A DNA stretch of 63,302 nt, filler included, from Octopus bimaculoides (taxonomy: Eukaryota): assembly GCF_001194135.2 (NCBI RefSeq). It is 6 parts of 5 records of this genome, joined end to end, with 100 filler letters (N's around TTAATTAATTAA, not from the genome) between each part and the next. Parts side by side here need not be neighbours in the genome. Positions count along the whole stretch, not along the records: positions 14,142 to 31,999 come from NC_068982.1; positions 32,100 to 50,179 come from NC_068999.1; 4 more parts are not named here. One strand, 5' to 3'. Below are positions 26,600-39,200 of the stretch, one piece after another. How positions within the stretch are numbered: position 1 is the stretch's first letter; each line of letters begins with the position of its first letter. The notes under the pieces are model-generated. The model saw only the letters and a program-made list of their open reading frames with translations. It was not told where the DNA came from and ran no database searches. The position numbers and the translations under genes were made by a program.

Positions 26600-27350
26600 A
26601 AATAGAAGATACCATTGGGAATGTTCATATACTAAAATGACTGTCATTACAGAATCTGCTAAAGGTCAATATGGTAAAATATCAAGGAACTAATCATTGA
26701 CAGAAACCACAAAATCTTACTATCATCCGAGAAATAACCTTGTTCTAAATGTCAGGAATATGTTGAAACAATACTGCATCTTTACTGCAAATAACTGGTA
26801 GAACATAACTAACAAATTGACTGCAAACTAAGATTCTTAAGAGATTCATGACATTATTTCAGTAGACTGCTCATTTAGCTTTCTAAAGCCAGAACATTTG
26901 ATGTTATTGTAAAGAACTTATTAGTGGGTGAGGCACCAAAGTTATGGAATATTTTTAGACAGCTGTTACCATTGTTGGCTGCAAATAGTTCCTCTGTCTA
27001 TGTAAAGAACAAAGTGTTTAAAATGCGGTCGTTAGATAGAGGTTTGAAGATAGATTTGCAATGGCTGGAAAGAAATGGTTATGTACCATAAAATGAACAA
27101 ATTCAAACTGATAAAAGGTACAATGCAAATAAGCTGGATATAGATAAGGTACCATAAGGTGCTGGCTAATGTGAGGAAAAGAAACATCTGCATTACTATA
27201 GAATGAAATTGAAGATACTTGTAGCAAAAATCATGAGAGAAAGTAAGAAAATTAGATACTGAAATGTTAAATTCCACAGCTGAGATAATACATTATCAAG
27301 ATGATTGAGGATATATTAATGGAGAAAAAGACCCAGAAATGAAATTATTT
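26600..27350 (+). mobile_element. Highly decayed RTE-like LINE fragment
   Basis: KLWNIFRQLLPLLAANSSSVYVKNKVF resembles the RTE post-RT W..FRELLPLL...LSL..KG.LY segment. Confidence 0.45.
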
Positions 27351-28532
27351 TTTTTTTTAAATAATCATAATATTGAGTAAAATGAAAAAGTTAATATCAA
27401 TGATGGCAACAATGATAATATCTGCAACAAGGACTTTGATTTTATTGCATACACATTTTACCATATTATTCAGCAATAAAGTAAAATTTAATTGTTTTAA
27501 TTTTCTAATTGAATTCTAAAGAGCAAAAACTATGGATAAATAATTAGAGAATTTTCAAAATCACATAATTTCATCTTAAATAATCTAGAATTTATATATC
27601 ACTTTCTAATCAACTACTTTGGCACAGAAATTTTATGAAAGCACATAGTTCATATAATCTACAGGTTGATTGAAAAGTAACTCCCTATTGAAAAACAACA
27701 TCCTATTTTAAAATACTTATAAATTATTTATTAATTGTAATTTTTACAAGACATAGATATTAAAGGAAAGCTTTAAGGTTTTATTTATATTTCAAAAAAC
27801 AAACACAAAAAAAATTGAGAAAAAAATTACGATTAATAAAGAATTTACAAGTATTTTAAAATAGGGAGTTACTTTTTGTATATTCTAACATTTTTTACTA
27901 TTTTACTGCATAATGGTTTATGATTTAGCTTCTCTAAGTAACTTTCAAGACTGTTCAAGAGAAATGTCAATGTACATTCCATGCTACTACATATGACAGA
28001 GAGAAGTATTATTCTATTCTAAAAAAAAAATGTATAAATTTAGGAACATTTAAAGCTTTATAGCATTCCTCATGGTCAATGCCAGTGCCACTTGACTGGT
28101 CCCTGTGCTGATGGCATGTAAAAAACACCCACTACACTCTTGGAATGGCTGGCATTAGGAAGAGCATCTAGCTGTAGAAACCTTGCCAGATCAGACTGGA
28201 GCCTGGTGCAGCATCCTGGCTTGCAGTCCTCAGTCAAGCCATTCAATCCATGCCAGCATGGAAAGCTAATGTTAAACGATGATGATGGTGTAGTTCATTT
28301 TTTAGATTATTAACATATAAAATTACACTTTTCTGTTCAATACAACTATTTAAAATCATGACAAAATTATCTGTGATACACACATTTGATAACTATCTAA
28401 ATTTATTTAATAAAAAAAGGTCTATAGTCAAGTGATTAGAATTTTGGGCTCATGATCATAAGGTCAGCGGATCAATTCTCAGACTAGGTGGTATTTGTGT
28501 CCTTGAGAAAGGTACTCTACTTGTATATTATG

Positions 28533-29210
28533 TTGCTTCAGCTTATTCAGCTGAAAATGAGTACCACCAATTTGGGGGTGGAGTTTAAACTGGTTATGAA
28601 CTGGGCTTGCCCTTCAGTATTATGTACTCTCAGTTGCATAAATACTCCAGAAACAAAGATGAGCTCCAAAATTATGGGCTTGTAGACTCAAGGATAAATT
28701 TATTTCATAAAAAAACAATGATATTTATTCATTTGTCTATTTATAAATATAAGAGTTGAAGAATGACTTAGTCATTAAGAAGTCACTGTCCAATCATATG
28801 ATCCTAAATTTAATCCTATCACATGAAATATTTTGAAAGTGTCTTCTATATTACATTTACCAACTTTTGTGAGTTAAATTATATAGACAGAAGCTTCTTA
28901 TATATCAGTCAAAGTGTGTGAGCACATGCATACACACACATACATACGTTCATGTACGTAAGCAAATATATATGTGTGATTGTGCATATATATATATCTA
29001 TATATATTTCATACTTGCATATGTGCATGCTTAAGTATTTGTGCATACTTGTGTAAATACTTTGCTGTGTAAATACTTTGCTTCAGCTTATTCAGCTGAA
29101 AATGAGTACCACCAATTTGGGGGTGGAGTTTAAACTGGTTATGAACTGGGCTTGCCCTTCAGTATTATGTACTCTCAGTTGCATAAATACTCCAGAAACA
29201 AAGATGAGCT
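28533..29210 (+). repeat. Identical 133-bp direct repeat (28533-28665 and 29078-29210)
   Basis: Exact copy 545 bp apart; a 16-bp tandem duplication (29050-29081) sits at the second junction. Confidence 0.92.
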
Positions 29211-30012
29211 TTTCAATACAGTTCTCTAAAAGTACTACCTAATAAAGTAGTATGGTCGACATAAATTAAGATCATTGAAGATGATGCTCCAGCATAGCTA
29301 TGAATCAATGACTGTGTCCAGTAAGGTAAAAGGATTTATGATTGATGAACTCCTTTAGGAAAATCTATACTGTATCTGTATATACATAGTGTAAGAGAAT
29401 GGTAAAACTATGAATTTATCGGTATGCCCAAAATGCAAGTCTAACAGCTTCATTTGACATGCAAATCATAAACTGAAGCATTCTAAACTAAAATGAACTA
29501 ATATAATATATCAGACCTATATAATTCTATACATTAAAAAAATTATATGTATTCAAAACTTGTTCATTAGTGGATATTGTAAAATGATTCTAACATGAAA
29601 GTAGCAAATTGTGACATTAAAGTTTTAAACAAATATATTAATCTCCTATAATTAAAACTGATTAGAAATTTTTGTGATGGGTAATATTATAATAAATACC
29701 TGAGTAAAGCAGCATGCATCTATATAACATTACAAAGAAAGCATTTGTTTCCTATATGAATGATAATTCTATGCTTTCTAATTAATGAAATTAACAAAGA
29801 CTGAACAAAACTCTTGACAAAGATGGAGCTGAAAGAGACATAAAACGAATACAGGTAATAAATACAGCAAAGGACATATACATAGACGATTGACGACATG
29901 CCACCTAGGCATAGATAAGCTACACAAAAGTTTATGCTTGTGTAAAAAGAAGCAGCAGTAGCAGCAAGTGCAGTAGCATAAAATAAATCCCAGATAATCG
30001 TCCACAAAATAC

Positions 30013-31999
30013 CTATGTCTTCTTTGATTGAGCGCAGATCTTCAGGGCCAGGAAGAATTAGTTTGGGTTCAATAAATGTATCACCTTCATGCTCCATCAT
30101 TGGAAGGACTGATTTTAATGAGGCACCCTCATCATGCAAAGGCAATTCATGAATTTCTGAATATTTCAATTCAGGTTCATCAATTTTCTCAACATGAGGT
30201 TTAGCATCAATGGATATGTCAACAACTTCAGAAGTAGTAGAATCAATTTCATCAGATACAGGACGAACAATACTGGATGATATGCTAATATCACTTTGAA
30301 CTTCTTCAGGCTTACCAATATCAATGAATGTAACCTCTGTTTTCTCAACAGGTTTATCACTAATATCAAGTTGGATAGACATTTCCTCTTTAGTTTCTGG
30401 TTTAATATCAACTTCTGTTTTCTCAACAGGTTCCTTCGAAACTACTTCTTCATGTACAATTTCAGAAGGAATTGTCTCTTGAATTGTAATCTTTTGCAGA
30501 TCAGTGCTAACAACAGCTGCAGACATAGGTATCTCCACATGTTCTTTTTCTATATCAGTTATGTGTTCAATAGTATCAACTAACACATCTTCTGCTGTGC
30601 GAATCTCATCTCGAACACTAACTGATGTGTCTTTTTCCTCATCAGAAACATCTTTAGTTTCCACTTTCTTCTCTTCAGTTGATGGAATATCAAAGAATTC
30701 TTCTTCAGAAAGTCGTTCTTCAGCTGTACTCACAACACTCACTGATGGAGCACTTATAATGGTCATTTCAGAGATACCTTTCACTTCTTTAGTCACAGGA
30801 ATGATTTCACTTTCCTTGCTGATTTCAACAACCTTATCAGTTACATCTTCAACAGGAGCTTCTTCAATAGCAGATGCTTTTGTAGAACTCACAGAAATTT
30901 GGATACCAGTTTCTTCCACTGGTTTTACAGTTACTGTGTCTTGTAATGGCATTTCCAATGTCTGCACTGTAATTTCTTTCTCCACCTCTTCTTCACCTGT
31001 TGTATATGTCTGTTCAGTCTTTATAACCATTGNNNNNNNNNNNNNNNNNNNNNNNNNNNNNNNNNNNATTTTCTCTGGAGAAATCTCAGTCTTCCGTTCC
31101 TCAGCGCTTGTAGTTATAATTGAAGTAACTTTAGCAGTTTCAACTTTCTCTGGTATTACCGTCTCAGATACATCTGTAAGTTGAATTTCAGAAACAGGTT
31201 TCACTTCTTCTTCTGGTTGTTTCTCCTTCATTAAAGCAGTAGAAATTGCTGTAATATCAGTAATTTGTGGTTTCTTCTCTTTAATTTCCATTTCTTTAGC
31301 TTCGATCTGAATTGTACTTTCTGGCACAATATCAAATGTAGAAACTTCTGGTATAACTTCAGTTTCTTCTTTGCTAATGATAATTTCTCTTGTATCAATA
31401 GTGATTGGTTGTTTTTCTATAGAAATAACCTCAGGTAACTGAGGTGCAAACTGCATTTCTATTTCACTGACTGGTTTCTCAGGTTTACCAATATCAATGG
31501 ATACAACTTCTGTTTTCTCAACAGGTTTAGCACCAATGTCAAGTTGGATAGACATTTCCTCTTTAGTTTCTGGTTTAATATCAACCTCTGTCTTTTCAAT
31601 TTCCGTAACAACTTTTTCTGGTTTACCAATATCAATGGATATAACTTCTGTTTTCTCAACAGGTTTAGCACCAATGTCAAGTTGGATAGACATTTCCTCT
31701 TTAGTTTCTGGTTTAATATCAACTTCTGTCTTCTCAACAGGTTCCTTCGAAACTACTTCTTCATGTACAATTTCAGAAGGAATTGTCTCTTGAATTGTAA
31801 TCTTTTGCAGATCAGTGCTAACAACAGCTGCAGACATAGGTATCTCCACATGTTCTTTCTCTATATCAGTTATATGTTCAATAGTGTCAACTAACACATC
31901 TTCTGCTGTGTGAATCTCATCACGTACACTAACTGATGTGTCTTTTTCTTCATCAGAAACTTCTTTAGTTTCCACTTTCTTTTCTTCAGTTGATGGAAT
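30013..31999 (-). CDS. Giant acidic PEVK-like exon of a titin/obscurin-like protein (5' end lost in the gap at 32000)
   Basis: Open frame from the gap edge (IPSTEEKKVETKEVSDEEK...) to ...EDLRSIKEDI, then a phase-1 donor ATAG|gtattt at 30013/30012. Rich in E/V/I/T/K/S/D/P and almost free of aromatics and Cys; internal repeats; frame holds across a 35-N gap. Confidence 0.92.
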
Positions 32000-32099
32000 N
32001 NNNNNNNNNNNNNNNNNNNNNNNNNNNNNNNNNNNNNNNNNNNTTAATTAATTAANNNNNNNNNNNNNNNNNNNNNNNNNNNNNNNNNNNNNNNNNNNN
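32000..32099. other. Assembly linker gap: 44 N + TTAATTAATTAA + 44 N
   Basis: The same 12-mer inside 100-bp N gaps at 14086, 32044, 50224, 54479 and 58027; it encodes stops in all six frames. Confidence 0.95.
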
Positions 32100-32202
32100 A
32101 TATATAAAAATATACGTACGAACCCTCACACATACACTCACTTATGCACAAACACACACATGCACATACACGCTTACATATATGCACACATACGTAAATA
32201 TG

Positions 32203-32350
32203 TATGTCCAAGTGGTTCGAGCACTGAGCTAACGGACATGAGAGCGCGGGTTCGATTCCTGGACAAAGCATCGGAGAATTTTCATGAGCAACGCTATTCA
32301 TCTTACGTGGCTGCAGTTTACTCTAATGAAAGTCATGATTAGTCGAGTGT
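32203..32350 (+). mobile_element. tRNA-like SINE head fragment
   Basis: gtccaagtggtt...gcgggttcgattcc, no acceptor stem. Confidence 0.5.
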
Positions 32351-32426
32351 TGGTCTCACCCCTCTCTCTCCCTCTCTCTCCCTCTCCCTCTCTCTCTCTC
32401 TCTTCCTCTAGCTCTCACATCCTTAC

Positions 32427-32528
32427 TGCTCCGTTGGCTCAAGGGTTATAGTGTGTGTTTTTCTGACCACGACTACACAGGCACCTAAGGAGATTGGTGA
32501 AAGCGCGGTACAAACTATTAAAGGAAAC
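32427..32528 (-). other. Candidate exon with a hydrophobic stretch (FPLIVCTALSPISLGACVVVVRKTHTITLEPTE)
   Basis: GCA|gtaagg donor, weak acceptor aagcag|, phase 2-2. Confidence 0.22.
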
Positions 32529-32934
32529 CTGCTTGCAAGTGACGGATAAGCTTTGCATAAGTTTATGCTTTCGTAGTCATACGTACATGTATACACATGC
32601 ACACACATACATGTATATATACATGTTCATATGATTTAAGGTAACTGGAAAGATGTATCGATATATCGAACTATGTCTTCGAATTTTCGTCTGATTCTGT
32701 ATCAGTACAGATGTTAATATATTCTTATCATGGCGCATACTTTTCTCTCCGTCTCCAGTACCCTATATCTTTCTCAACACACAATTACACGAACGAACAC
32801 ATACGCACACATACACACACATACACACACAGAGTTACGTATATATACATATAGTTATGTATTCCTATTCGGATATCTCTATACCTACATTGTCCTGCTA
32901 ACTCACAGAAATATAAATCTGAGTACGTTTGCAG

Positions 32935-32982
<48 letters not shown>

Positions 32983-33747
32983 GCACATACGCACGCATAT
33001 ATATACATATATACATATATACATAAAAACACACACATATAATGTGTCTATGTAGCGATGTATATTTGTGCGTATATATGTATGTCTACATATATTTATG
33101 CAATAATATATACATTGAATCTAATCAAATCTAAAATAATCTAATATATTTATCTAGGATGTACCTGCGTATATAAATGCCATCAAACATTTACATATGT
33201 ATAAACAAGTGGATACGTCTGTACGAGTGTTTCTGTGTCTATGTATTTTGTATTATTATACAGTTGTACACACTGGGACAAATGGAACGTTCGTATTCAT
33301 TTAGTTTAATAGAAATCAACATTGCCTTTATTTATTCTTAAAAGCTATTTCAAGACCATGTTCTACTACAATATACATTTTATTCTTATAAGACATAGTT
33401 AGAAACACACTTGGCAAAATGACTATCACTACTACTCATAAATTGAACTCACACACACGTGTGTGTGTACATACGAGGACATTATAATATATACATATAT
33501 ACGTGTGCATATCGTATTTACATACTAGAAATGTTTAATCTCAATAGAAAATATATTTTGACATCATATGTCCATTCTTGTTTGGACTAAGATCTGTTAT
33601 TATTTAGAGGAGGAGAGGAAGGACGACGAAGTCGAAACCAAAACCGAAAAAGAAGAAAAAGAAAGAATCGCAAACTCAGCAACAAATAAAAACAGTAAAG
33701 CAAGAATACGAACCAAAATATAGAGAATAACAACAGAACAAAAAGAA

Positions 33748-33810
<63 letters not shown>

Positions 33811-33881
33811 ATATCACGAAATGAATAAAATAAAATAAGATACTATAAAATATAAAAATAGACAGAGCTATTATTTCAACA

Positions 33882-33975
33882 CAAGATGGCGTCGATGGAA
33901 ACATAAACGAAACGTATAGTATAGCAGAGAAGGGGGAAAAAAGTAAAAACGGAACGTTAAAAACAAAATGGCCGC
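33882..33975 (+). promoter_or_regulatory. Two YY1-like motifs
   Basis: caagatggcgtc at 33882 and caaaatggccgc at 33964; motif match only. Confidence 0.25.
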
Positions 33976-34486
33976 AAGTGGAGAGATTCATCAGTTTCTA
34001 TGAATTTTGACAAATGTAACGAAGACGGCAGAACACAATTATTTTCACGTCAACAGCAATAAGATTAAGTTTCGTATATTCATGAATATTACTTAATGTG
34101 ATGAACGAAAAAGCGTATATTTAAAACAGCATAATACCAGCGAAAACTAATACCATTCGATGAACGAAGCGGGAATTTTAGGAGGGACTCAATTTCGAGT
34201 TTATTTCTCATTCATTTTCATATTCATATCGTCACATATTTAATTTCAAATTGGCCGTCACTGGTTCATGCTAGGGCCGCTTGCAACGTGAATAATTCTG
34301 ACATCCGTAAAAACGCTTTTGATAACGATTAAAGCGTGAGCATGCTATATATAATTTTTTTGTTTGCTAGTTTTCATTTGCGTTATGCCGTGTATTTTTT
34401 CTCTATCTTTCGCCATATTTGCTGGTTTTTGCTTTTAGCCTTCACAAATTTTATGCTTAATACTTGCGTGTGGATGCATGTATGCA

Positions 34487-34531
<45 letters not shown>

Positions 34532-34684
34532 ACACACACACACACATACACACACATATATATATGCATATATATATATATTTATATATATACGTATGTA
34601 TGTGTCTACACATGTGTATATATATATGCATACTATATTGTATGTTTATATATACATACATAAAAGCATACATACACACATATC

Positions 34685-34724
<40 letters not shown>

Positions 34725-35140
34725 TGAGAGAGAGACACACACACAGAGACAAAGAGGGTAGAGAGAGAGAGGGGAACATATGCGTGTGTATGTGCGTGTG
34801 CCATGGTACATGCCTATGCACGAATACATGTGTGTCTGCGAATTTAGATATGAAAAGCTACAATTTCGAGTAATCTGTGTGGTCTGTGTATGTGTTTATA
34901 TGTACAAGCACGTGCAGATGTGTTAAGGGTTCGAAGAAGGAGCGGAAGGAACTGTGATGTTATTTATATTTAATTAATTTAGCATTTACTTGCAAAGTCA
35001 ATAAAATTTGAAATGTCACTTTTTGTTTTTACTGTTGCTAGGAAATAGTGTGCGTTTCACACATGCCCATATATACACGCACAATCAAATGCTGACGCAG
35101 AGGCAGATGGAATTAAACACGATGACTTGAAAGAAAAGAC

Positions 35141-35356
35141 AAGGCGGCGAGTTGGCAGAAACGTTACCACACCGGGCGAAATGCTTAGCGGTATTTCGTC
35201 TGCCGCTACGTTCTGAGTTCAAATTTCATCCTTTCGGAGTCGATTAAACAGGTACCACTTACGCACTGGGGTTGATATAATCGACTTAATCCGTTTCTCT
35301 TTCCTTGTTTGTCCCCTCTGTGTGTAGCCCCTAATGGGCAGTAAAGAAATAAGAAA
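35141..35356 (+). mobile_element. SINE family B
   Basis: aaggcggcgagttggcagaaacgttacc...gtaaagaaataagaaa. Confidence 0.88.
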
Positions 35357-35454
35357 AGACAAAAAGAGAGTACCTGCGGAGAGTGAGAAAAATATTGGTT
35401 TCAAAGCTGAATGCCAGAAACATAATTTCGGCAATAAACTTGCGCGCAGTAGCA

Positions 35455-35940
35455 GTAGTGCGGCATGATTCTACAATCGTGAAGTGGACAGAGAAGGAGA
35501 TGGAAAGGAAATCAAGAACAGGTGCTAGCGCATAACATACCAGATCTAGTGGTGGTGGACAAGGTGCACCACATACGCCATACGGTTGATGTTGCGTGCC
35601 CCACGAATAGTCGAGAAGGAAGGCGAAAAGATAGATAACTGCATCCCCCTTAAGTACGAAATAGCCCGGCTATGGAAACTGAAGAAGGTGAAGATAGTGC
35701 CAATTATTGTTGGTTCCTTGGGGACAGTATCAGAAGGCATCAAGAGGAATATAAAGGAAATCGGAATAGAGTGCCCGGTAGAACTGTTACAAAAGGTTTG
35801 CCTCCTTAGCACGGCCAGAATAATCAGGAAAGTGTTAGATAGCTGAAAACAGCGAAAAGCATGGTACCATAGGCTGCAGGTAGCAAGCCCACTACGCAAG
35901 TAAGACTCCAGGAGCTCCAACAAATCCTGTGTTAAAGAGA
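35455..35940 (+). mobile_element. 3' end of an R4/Dong-like non-LTR retrotransposon (restriction-like endonuclease)
   Basis: HNIPDLVVVDK...VDVACP / EKEGEKID...EIARLWKLKKVKIVPIIVGSLG...LLSTARIIRKVLDS*, then a short 3' UTR and an (AAT)n tract. Confidence 0.88.
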
Positions 35941-35989
<49 letters not shown>

Positions 35990-36104
35990 GTAATAATTGC
36001 TATTGGAAGCACAAGGCCTGAAATTTGGTGGGGAGGGGATCAGCATTTCGTCCGTGGTGGTAACGATCCTGCCAGCTCGCTATCTTAATAATAATAATAA
36101 TAAT

Positions 36105-36145
<41 letters not shown>

Positions 36146-36867
36146 GAAGAAGAAGAAGATGAAGAAGAAGAAGAAGAATTAGAAGAAGAAGTATAACAAT
36201 AAGAATTGTAAAAATTCTCTTATTGGAAAGAATGGTGCCATTATTTATGTTTAAAGAAAGGCGGCAAGCAAAGAAGACTGTGAAGAATAGCGTGAAGTGA
36301 AAAAAAAAAAAAGAGGAAGAAAGAAGTGAAGGGCAGTAGTAGAATGAGATGTAAGAAAATCTGTTTCAATTATATAGGAATACAGAATACATTCTAGAAA
36401 ACCCTAATATCAAATTTAAACTTATATTTCAAACTTGACAATGTGAAAGTTCTATAGTTTATAGTGTTTATGTTTTCCATGTTCCTTATTAAAGATGGGA
36501 GGTTTGTTATAAACTCTGTAAGGTTATCTGCTTGATTGGATAGAGTGGATTATATTTGAAAATACATGGGTTTGAAGTATGGTGCGTTGCCAGAATTGTT
36601 AGAGCATGGAAGAAAAAGCCTTGCGTTATTTCTTGTGGTTGTTTACGTTCAAATCCCGCTGAACTCAACTTTGTCTTTCACCTTTCGTGGTTGATTAAAT
36701 AACTTACTCGTCAAATACTAAGGTTGGTGGTATCGACTAATCTATTCCCGTCAAAATTGTCTTTGAGCCTAAAAAAGCTCCAGGAAAATACTTACGGCAT
36801 TTACTCTGTTACTTTACGTTCTGAGTTCAAATGTTGCCGAGGTTACGTTTGTCTTTCACTCATCTCG

Positions 36868-37439
36868 GACATCTGCGTGGTACGCTGGGCAAATGTCTTC
36901 TGCTATAGCTTGGTGTCAACCAAAGCCTTGTGAGTGAAGTTGGTAAACGGAAACTGAAAGAATGCCGTCGTACATATGTGTGTGTGTGTACGTGGTTTAT
37001 CACCGCTTGACAACCGTTGTTGGTGTGATTACGTCCCATAACTTATCGCTTTGACAATAAAGACCGATGGAATAAGTAACATACTTTACAAGAAAAAAAA
37101 TAGTAATACTAGATATTAGAGTCGACTAAAATTCTTCATGGCGGTGCCCCAGCATGGCCGCAGTCTAATGATTGAAAGAAGTAAAAGATAAAAGATATCT
37201 CTCTATCCTCATTAACTTCTACAAGTTACACTTAAGGTGGGAGCTGAAAAAGAAGGGTTCTGTCTTGAAGATAAACAGGCGTAGGAGTGGCTGTGTGGTA
37301 AGTAGCTTGCTTACCAACCACATGGTTCCGGGTTCAGTCCCACTGCGTGGCACCTTGGGCAAGTGTCTTCTACTATAGCCTCGGGCCGACCAAAGCCTTG
37401 TGAGTGGATTTGGTAGACGGAAACTGAAAGAAGCCCGTC

Positions 37440-37478
<39 letters not shown>

Positions 37479-37706
37479 TGTGTATATGTTTGTGTGTCTG
37501 TGTTTGTTCCCCCAACATCGCTTGACAACCGATGCTGGTGTGTTTACGTCCCCGTAACTTAGCGGTTCGGCTAAAGAGACCGATAGAATAAGTACTAGGC
37601 TTACAAAGAATAAGTCCTGGGGTCGATTAGCTCGACTAAAAGGCGGTGATCTAGCATGGCCACAGTCAAATGACTGAAACAAGTAAAAGAGTAAAAGAGT
37701 AAAAGA
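36868..37706 (+). mobile_element. Two adjacent SINE family A copies (36868-37197 diverged; 37277-37706 young)
   Basis: Direct similarity to the other copies; (gtaaaaga)n tail. Confidence 0.9.
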
Positions 37707-37859
37707 GATGTGTAACTTACAATGGTACACAAAAGAAGACCACTCGTTGAATCCACACTGAAGATAGCGTTTCGGACAAAGCAACTGCACGGAATGGAGT
37801 TTTATTAGAGTCACATAATAATCTCATATTGCTTCAGTGGTTCCTTCTGCTTTGTTCTA

Positions 37860-38850
37860 TCAGGTCATCCCATAAGTTCTGTCCGAATTTTGAACAAAGA
37901 AAACAAGTCTTCAAATGTTATATTTAATTGAAATTTATTCACCAATGTACTTTCCCTGATTATCTATGACTTCCTTCCATCTATTTACCAGCTTTTTAAT
38001 CCCATCAATATAAAACTCTTTTGGTTTCAAGGCGAAGAACTCTGAAATGTCAGTTTCGACCTCCTCCTGGCGAAAGTTATGTCCCCCAACCAATGATTCT
38101 GTAAAGTACGAAACAAATGGTTGTCTGAGGGCGCAAGGTCGGAAGAATAAGGTGCATGAGGAATTTTTCCCAACCAAGCTCTTCGATCGTTTGTGATGTC
38201 GTGCATTGTCCTGATGAAATATCATCCTTTTCGATTCACTAAAGCGGGTCTTTTTTCCTTCAAAGCTTGGTTCAAATGCTCTAATTGCTGACAGGAGACT
38301 TGAGCATTGATTGTTGCATTAGGTGGTAACAATTCAAAGTGAATAACTCCTTTGCAATCCCACCAGATAGAGATAAGAACCTTTTTTCCATGAAGTTCCC
38401 TTCTCGGTTGTGGTTGAGCTTTTCCCCTATTACAAAGCAACTGTTAATGACGTATAACATTCCGAGAGAAGATCCATTTTTCGTCACCAGTCACAAGTCT
38501 ATCGTTAGAATGGAGAGAAGAGCAGACGTCAACTCGGGATTTGCCGTTGCTTTCGGACAATTCATTTTCTAAGTTTAGGAACCTTTCCAAGTTGTTGAAG
38601 ATGACGATGAACAATTGTATGGTTTGAACTAAGCTTCATTGCCAATTCTTCAACTGATAATGCAGGAGTTTCTTGTCCATCACCACATATTTTGCAGTTA
38701 CTAGTATTTATTTTCGTTGCATGTTTATGGTGATTTCTGCTGGGGAAGCTTTGATCTTATGCTGCAATTCAAAATCCTTCAGTCTCCGCTTTGAGATCTG
38801 AGCTTCTCAGTTATTGTTGAGATTTTGCTTTGTCTATTTCTTTTTGTTTA
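37860..38850 (-). mobile_element. Decayed mariner transposon (one TIR, frameshifted transposase)
   Basis: Motifs LGKVPKL, (V)TSDEKW, KKVLISIWWDCKGVIHFELLP, FHQDNAR, HAPYSSDLAPSDNHLF, GIKKLVNRWKEVIDNQGKY; TIR TA|TCAGGTCATCCCATAAGTTCTGTCCG at 37860. Confidence 0.95.
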
Positions 38851-38858
38851 GTTCAACC

Positions 38859-38904
<46 letters not shown>

Positions 38905-38905
38905 G

Positions 38906-39200
38906 TATTAAAACTCACAGCTTATATTGCTTGGTATGATGAAAAGTGTCAGCTGTCCACAGCCAGCAGATTTAAGTGACACTTATTTTATTGGTCATGC
39001 TTCAAGAACCCTGCGAAGAATTTTTGCAGTTCCAAGCAATGCAGATTTTGGTAGGTGTTCTACCTTCAGTCTTGCACCAATCTTTTTCATCGATGTTGGT
39101 AACTGACCGCTGATAATTCCAAGTGCACCAATTACTATTGGTAACACGTCTACTCTCTTCATTGACCACAACCTGCGGGAATTGAACTCAGAAAATGGGC
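38906..39200 (-). mobile_element. 3' end of an R4/Dong-like retrotransposon
   Basis: RRLWSMKRVDVLPIVIGALG...LLGTAKILRRVLEA*, followed on the minus strand by (AAT)n at about 38860-38905. Confidence 0.82.

Noticed and set aside
30166-31894. Overlapping ORFs 30166..30426, 30296..30583, 30504..31184, 31459..31737, 31497..31793, 31544..31894
   Set aside because: Antisense or alternate-frame shadows of the repetitive titin-like exon.
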